Part shown: positions 59,263 through 64,000 of the stretch, piece after piece
How the letters are laid out: every line of letters starts with the position of its first letter
Position numbering within the stretch: the first letter of the stretch is position 1
Assembly (NCBI GenBank): GCA_043739185.1
Contig: JAYUEN010000155.1
Coordinates: 52,962-116,961 of the forward strand
From: Bdellovibrionales bacterium
GTDB lineage: Bacteria > Bdellovibrionota > Bdellovibrionia > Bdellovibrionales > JAMPXM01
Length of the DNA stretch: 64,000 bases
Direction: 5' to 3'
The notes under the pieces: generated by a model
The model's database searches: none
The model's input: the letters and a program-made list of their open reading frames with translations, nothing else
Told to the model about the DNA's origin: nothing
Position numbers and translations under genes: made by a program

Positions 59263-61562
59263 TATTTCCCACCTTTGTCTAAACTATTAAAGATGGGCTC
59301 AAAAAGAGAGAGACTCAATTGAGAATTTGAAATCGTTCCACCGACCGTAAAGGCGCGTTTATAGATCCACCATTTCACTTGCGAAGAATCGCTTTCGCTA
59401 ACAGTACGTATGAGTCCAAGTAAATTATTTTGATTGGTGTCGGAGTTAAAGGTAAAAAGCTGCTGCGAATAGGGAATCGCGTGAATGTGAGAGCGATCTG
59501 AATACATCTGCAAAATAGGTGCACTATGAAAAGTACTATAATTTTTACCTAAAGTAGAATTCTGAAAATTCATGGCCGTCACCCAGCTCGATAGATTTGT
59601 GAAAACCGTGGGCGTGACCTTTAAGCCATTTTTCGAAGGGATATGATTAACCAATATCTGAGTTTCTCCGGACGCCAATGAATTCACATTATAAGAAATT
59701 AAATTTTGAAGCGGCACGTGCTTGATCATGCTCATTGGACCAAGTCCACTTGCAAAGTTAACTAGATTGGGAATTGAGTCGCTATTTGAATCTAACTTTG
59801 CATCACTTTTATTTGCATTGAAGCCGTAAACGAGTTCTAAAAAGTCAGGAATTGAATCTTCGTCAGAATCAAAGTTGTAGAGATCCGTACCGAGAATTTT
59901 CTCTTCACATTCATTTAAGCCGTCGCCATCTGAATCAAGTTGCGGATCACATCCCAGTTCGCTTCCTGAAATTAAGAGTTGACCAAGCTCTTGGCAACGA
60001 GCTTGAAAGCTAGGATTGAGCGTAATTGCATTCAGGCAAACACCATTAGATCTCGGATTATACGGATCTAGGCCAGCCGCTATTTTATCAGAATCAAAGG
60101 CGCCGTCCCCGGCTGAGTCTACCTGCAAATCACCATGTTGATCGACGCGGACATTTAGATTAAAAATATAAGCATGGGTAACTTTGTAAGCCAGTTCATT
60201 TGAGTCCAATAAAGGATAGGGAGGAGCTGCAGGCGATGTCATATCTTGCTGCCAGATATATTGTCTGCTTTGTAAGTTAGAAGAAAGATCACTAATATAA
60301 TTTGTATCAGAAGCAAAAAGCGTGGTGGCTCGAGGTGAATTCAGTTGCACCATATCGACACGGGCATAGCCACCACCGAAATATTCAGACAAAGATTGAG
60401 TCATTCCGTAATTGGTTGAAATTTGTCTACTTGAATTCAGGCTTGGTTCACCCCATGTATCAAGCATCAATTGATTGAGTTGCGTGCAGGTCGGATCAGA
60501 GCCCAAGAGATCGCTGGTTATGCAAGGATGGCCATTGGGGGGAGTATACATATTCATAACCAAATCAAAGTGGTTTTGTTGGGGTGTTAAATAGCCATCG
60601 GTCAAATGTATGATTTGATATTCTGGATAATAATCGGGGCTTGCCACCATATCATTGTAAACGACAGAATATATTTTTTTGAGCGTAGACCCTAAATCGG
60701 TCGTGCCCATAGTTGTATCTTTAAAACGATATGCATAAGGGGTTCCGTTTGGATAGCTCGCCATTCCGTCCATGATTAAATCCGTGCGCGCTTCAGCGGC
60801 TAACTCATTTTTTATTTGGGTTGAATTGAGGCTCGCTAGTGTGCTCTGCCAAAGAGGTATGCCGGTCGCATCTTGATCTGAAAGTTTGACAAAGCTAATG
60901 CCGCCTTTTGGTGTGCTAGGGGTTGGAGGCAAAAAGGATTCTAATATTTTTTGATTGGCGCCGCCAGTAACCGGAATGATCATTATTTTAATATTATTAT
61001 TGGTCCCGTTTTGATTGAGTAATGTCGTAACCGAATTATAAACCATTTGAATTCGATATGCTAAACCGGTTGAGCTATGGGGCAAATAATCAACGCCCAC
61101 AACTGTATAAAAGCTCGTTAAAAAATTGGTTCCCCAATTACCCGTTACGCTAATTGTGGGGGTGCTGAAATAGGGTGAACCCGAGAGTGGGCGGATCGGA
61201 TCAACAATACAATCAATGCCTGAGGCTCTGTGATCCGTCGGATCGCCACCGCTATTGCCATAACCACCTGTCGGAAAATTTGGATCATAAATAATAAAGG
61301 GATTGGTATTGGTAAAAAGCGTGCCACCGTCAAGATCTTGTGCGCAAGTGCCCGAGAGCATAGAGTGGCTCATATCAATCAAAAAAATGTAACGTCGAGG
61401 CAAAGTAAATTGGCTGCGAGGTAATTTAAAGGGACTGCCTTGAAGCGATGATAGGTTGAGATAAGACAATTGTTCGAGGCTCACATTATTGGCACAATGC
61501 TGACCGAAAAAAAGCAGCAGTGCCAAAATGATCGGTAGGCCAAAAAGGACTCGAGAATTCAT
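59262..61562 (-). CDS. Lipoprotein with MIDAS vWA domain and TSP3-like repeats (MtsD-like)
   Basis: FGQHC, FLIDMSHS, GTT, HLTDG, DSDGDGL and DSDEDSIPD. Confidence 0.8.
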   Translation of the reverse strand: MNSRVLFGLPIILALLLFFGQHCANNVSLEQLSYLNLSSLQGSPFKLPRSQFTLPRRYIFLIDMSHSMLSGTCAQDLDGGTLFTNTNPFIIYDPNFPTGGYGNSGGDPTDHRASGIDCIVDPIRPLSGSPYFSTPTISVTGNWGTNFLTSFYTVVGVDYLPHSSTGLAYRIQMVYNSVTTLLNQNGTNNNIKIMIIPVTGGANQKILESFLPPTPSTPKGGISFVKLSDQDATGIPLWQSTLASLNSTQIKNELAAEARTDLIMDGMASYPNGTPYAYRFKDTTMGTTDLGSTLKKIYSVVYNDMVASPDYYPEYQIIHLTDGYLTPQQNHFDLVMNMYTPPNGHPCITSDLLGSDPTCTQLNQLMLDTWGEPSLNSSRQISTNYGMTQSLSEYFGGGYARVDMVQLNSPRATTLFASDTNYISDLSSNLQSRQYIWQQDMTSPAAPPYPLLDSNELAYKVTHAYIFNLNVRVDQHGDLQVDSAGDGAFDSDKIAAGLDPYNPRSNGVCLNAITLNPSFQARCQELGQLLISGSELGCDPQLDSDGDGLNECEEKILGTDLYNFDSDEDSIPDFLELVYGFNANKSDAKLDSNSDSIPNLVNFASGLGPMSMIKHVPLQNLISYNVNSLASGETQILVNHIPSKNGLKVTPTVFTNLSSWVTAMNFQNSTLGKNYSTFHSAPILQMYSDRSHIHAIPYSQQLFTFNSDTNQNNLLGLIRTVSESDSSQVKWWIYKRAFTVGGTISNSQLSLSLFEPIFNSLDKGGK

Positions 61563-61568
61563 CCCCTA

Positions 61569-61595
61569 CAATCGGCTTAAAATGGGAATAAATGA
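61569..61595 (-). promoter_or_regulatory. Sigma28 (FliA)-like promoter for the vWA cassette
   Basis: TCAT-N15-GCCGATTG on the minus strand, just upstream of ATG 61562. Confidence 0.45.
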
Positions 61596-61657
61596 AGGGT
61601 CGACCGCAATTAAATTCAACAAATTATGACTCAACTTGAGACGCAATCTTTGAGTGA

Positions 61658-62221
61658 TTATTTCTTTGTAGGATCCACTACAAAATTGATTCCACTCCAG
61701 CCTTCTTGCATTAAAACCCGCATGACCTTTTTGATTTCGTCGACTGAAGTGTTGACATCTGACTGCAAATTGATCTTTCCGTTGAATTTGGCTCCTGGTG
61801 CCAGTTGGGCTTCAAAGTTTTTATATTTCTTAAGCCAAGTTCTCAATTGCGGGACCTTTTCATCATTGATCTCCTCAAACTTGGTCTTTTCCTCATCATC
61901 GGCATTAAAAATAACTTTGTTGCCGATAATCGCGACAAGCGGCAAGCTCAATAAGGGTTTACCATGGGCGGCTCGCGGCAGGGAAATATTTTGCGACACA
62001 AAATACACGTCGCCAGAGGAAGAAAAATTCATCAACAAAAAGATAACCAATACGGAAAACATATCGACCATGGGAGCGAGGTTCAAAACGAACTGTCGTT
62101 TGTGAGCTCGCCTGGTGGTAACCAGGTGGCGTAGGTGTACGAGGTCATATTGCGGATGCACATGATAGCCTGGCACACTTATAATTCTTGGAGCTAATCC
62201 TTTTACTTTGTCATTTGCCAT
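61658..62221 (-). CDS. ExbD/TolR-family protein (AglS-like)
   Basis: LNLAPMVDMFSVLVIFLL TM segment with the conserved Asp. LQSD periplasmic motif. Confidence 0.9.
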   Translation of the reverse strand: MANDKVKGLAPRIISVPGYHVHPQYDLVHLRHLVTTRRAHKRQFVLNLAPMVDMFSVLVIFLLMNFSSSGDVYFVSQNISLPRAAHGKPLLSLPLVAIIGNKVIFNADDEEKTKFEEINDEKVPQLRTWLKKYKNFEAQLAPGAKFNGKINLQSDVNTSVDEIKKVMRVLMQEGWSGINFVVDPTKK

Positions 62222-62227
62222 AAATCT

Positions 62228-62671
62228 TTAATTGGGATTGATCGCAACGTCTGGCCATTCTGAAGCAATCAGTAGGTCGTACATTGCGATCAAAGAACCA
62301 TATTTTACATCGTTATCGGTATTTAAAACGACGTCTAGTTGCTCGGTGTATTTGAGTCGCCACACTCGCAGGGCGTCTCCAATGCGATTCTTGTCTAAGT
62401 CGTTGCCATCATTTGGAATAGGAATTTCAGTTTGATTTTCACTTAAGACCACTTTATTGGGAAAAATCTTTACGCTGAGCTTGACCTTACTAGTGGGAGT
62501 AAGAGGTTCCGGTGCTTGCGACGGCTGACTTGGGGGCGGAGTGGGATCAATATTAATTTGCAATGCCTCTAATTGCAACCAAGCCGCAGTCATGAGCAAA
62601 AAGCAAACCAGCACCGAAAACAAATCGATAAAAGGCGTGAGGTTGGGTTCGTTGCTTCCGCCAGCTGACAT
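62228..62671 (-). CDS. ExbD/TolR-family protein (AglQ-like)
   Basis: PNLTPFIDLFSVLVCFLL and V.YG.LI..D motifs. Confidence 0.9.
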   Translation of the reverse strand: MSAGGSNEPNLTPFIDLFSVLVCFLLMTAAWLQLEALQINIDPTPPPSQPSQAPEPLTPTSKVKLSVKIFPNKVVLSENQTEIPIPNDGNDLDKNRIGDALRVWRLKYTEQLDVVLNTDNDVKYGSLIAMYDLLIASEWPDVAINPN

Positions 62672-62674
62672 AAG

Positions 62675-63322
62675 TTAAGACCTTTTAAAAATTTTATCTT
62701 TATTGGTCAGAATAAAATTCAAAGTTGAAACACTGGCCTCGTGAACATCGTCAATTACTTGTTGCGACCATGAATTGAGTCCTCCCCAACAAGCAAAAAG
62801 TAAAATTGAAACCAATAAACCAAAACCTGTGGCATTAAGTGCCTCAGCAATTGAAGAAGCAAGAACCTGTGCCTTTTCAGCAGGGGGGAGTTTGGCAACA
62901 GCTGAAAAGGCGGCGATCATTCCAGAAACTGTTCCGAGAAGGCCAAGCAGAACGGCGACGTTTGCAAGGGCCGAGAGCAAATCGATTCGTCTGCCGAGCT
63001 TGGGGATTTCTCGCAAAGCGACGGCATCCATAGCCGTTTGTACTTCTTCGGGACTATTGCCATTCATGACGCAAATAAGTCCTGCTCTTACGATATTTGA
63101 AAGCGGGCCTTTGCTTTGAGAAACCGCACTGAGCGCCTTTTGAATTTGGCCTTGCATACAGTAAGATTGAATAAATCTTAAGAGTTGATCTTTGTCGACT
63201 GAAGATGCCGCATGAAGCGCAAGAATTCTTTCGACTACGATTGCAATTCCGACCGCAGAACAAATTGCAATTGGAAACATAATATACCAGTGACTAATAA
63301 AAATTGCGGCAAACTGATTCAT
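62675..63322 (-). CDS. MotA/TolQ/ExbB proton channel (AglR-like)
   Basis: LLGLLGTVSGMI.AF and IAEALNATGFGL motifs. Confidence 0.93.
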   Translation of the reverse strand: MNQFAAIFISHWYIMFPIAICSAVGIAIVVERILALHAASSVDKDQLLRFIQSYCMQGQIQKALSAVSQSKGPLSNIVRAGLICVMNGNSPEEVQTAMDAVALREIPKLGRRIDLLSALANVAVLLGLLGTVSGMIAAFSAVAKLPPAEKAQVLASSIAEALNATGFGLLVSILLFACWGGLNSWSQQVIDDVHEASVSTLNFILTNKDKIFKRS

Positions 63323-63574
63323 ATACTTCCTAGGTTAGAGTCTTATTTAGCCTAAGGAATTGAATAGGCAAAGGCAAGCAGGGAATCACTTCAGGGTAAA
63401 TGGACTGTCAAAATTATATTCACGGACTGTCAGGAAAATGTATATTCCCAGTTGGCAAATAAGGCCTTTGTCTCAAATTAGTACGTAAATTTACCAATTG
63501 GTGAGTAGAAAGTGCCAAGCGAATATCATATACTGGTATTGTACCTGGTCTCATTTTTAAATGAGAGGAACCAA

Positions 63575-63754
63575 ATGATTGCAACTTATAAAACTAGAGC
63601 GGGTCTCTTTCAAATGGATCGTAGAGCGACTGTCCGATTTGATGCTCCTGAGCGTCGCTCAAGATTAAGGGCAAAGCCACGGCTTAAAATTTATGGATTT
63701 ATTGCCGCCATAGTTTTTGAAGCACTCATTTGCTGGTATGGCCTTTTTGCTTAA
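63575..63754 (+). CDS. Small protein with a C-terminal TM segment
   Basis: GAGGA RBS before ATG 63575 and a hydrophobic C-terminus. Confidence 0.5.
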   Translation: MIATYKTRAGLFQMDRRATVRFDAPERRSRLRAKPRLKIYGFIAAIVFEALICWYGLFA

Positions 63755-63767
63755 AGTTTTTTATCAT

Positions 63768-64000
63768 TTATTTAGCTATTGAAATTGCTATTCCTAGCAT
63801 CAAGTTTGAATGAGAAGATTGCCCCCAGCACGAACTAGGAACTAAATACTTTTGGAACGCCGAAAAGTAAGCCGAACAAAAACTCACCAATTTATTATTT
63901 TCAAATAAAAACATTTGCTGAGAAAAATAAACTCCATTTTGATCTCGATGTGACCATATTTGAAATCGAGCCATGAATTTATCGCCAGCATCTTCAACTA
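63768..64000 (-). CDS. 3' end of a hypothetical gene running off the window
   Basis: The frame of ORF 63768..63974 stays open to the window edge. Confidence 0.45.
   Translation of the reverse strand, partial: VEDAGDKFMARFQIWSHRDQNGVYFSQQMFLFENNKLVSFCSAYFSAFQKYLVPSSCWGQSSHSNLMLGIAISIAK

Overview
A gene-dense, AT-rich bacterial chromosome segment. Gene content suggests a predatory Bdellovibrionota-like organism (inference from the Agl/Glt-type motor cluster, FQNC-type lipoprotein signals, a secreted DacB and many secreted hydrolases). I recognise no rRNA, tRNA, CRISPR array or transposase. Housekeeping genes include tpx, selD-mnmH, a HAD phosphatase, MFS transporters and two-component proteins. 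Four accessory modules stand out. (1) 41.4-45.8 kb: a membrane class III nucleotide cyclase with an H-NOX-like N-terminal domain, translationally coupled to a PilZ-fused FeeM/LuxI-like N-acyltransferase and divergent from a heme-oxygenase-like diiron enzyme. This could be an undescribed 'make a lipid signal, modify it, sense it' circuit, with a second atypical cyclase and a tandem cNMP-binding membrane protein nearby. (2) 17.8-26 kb: a tightly coupled luciferase-less operon, MFS-GNAT-LuxE-(LuxC::PaaK-like)-PaaK-like, ending in a class D beta-lactamase. (3) 47.8-63.3 kb: an ExbB/ExbD/ExbD plus Glt-like envelope machine with a nested cassette of MIDAS-vWA/TSP3 lipoproteins. (4) 11-15 kb: a minor-pilin trio with a giant PilX-like protein. 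Several long intergenic palindromes and a recurring GTCTCA-N3-TGAGAC-like motif are also present. All family assignments come from motif recognition by eye, not database searches. Several start codons were moved from the ORF track to better-supported positions.
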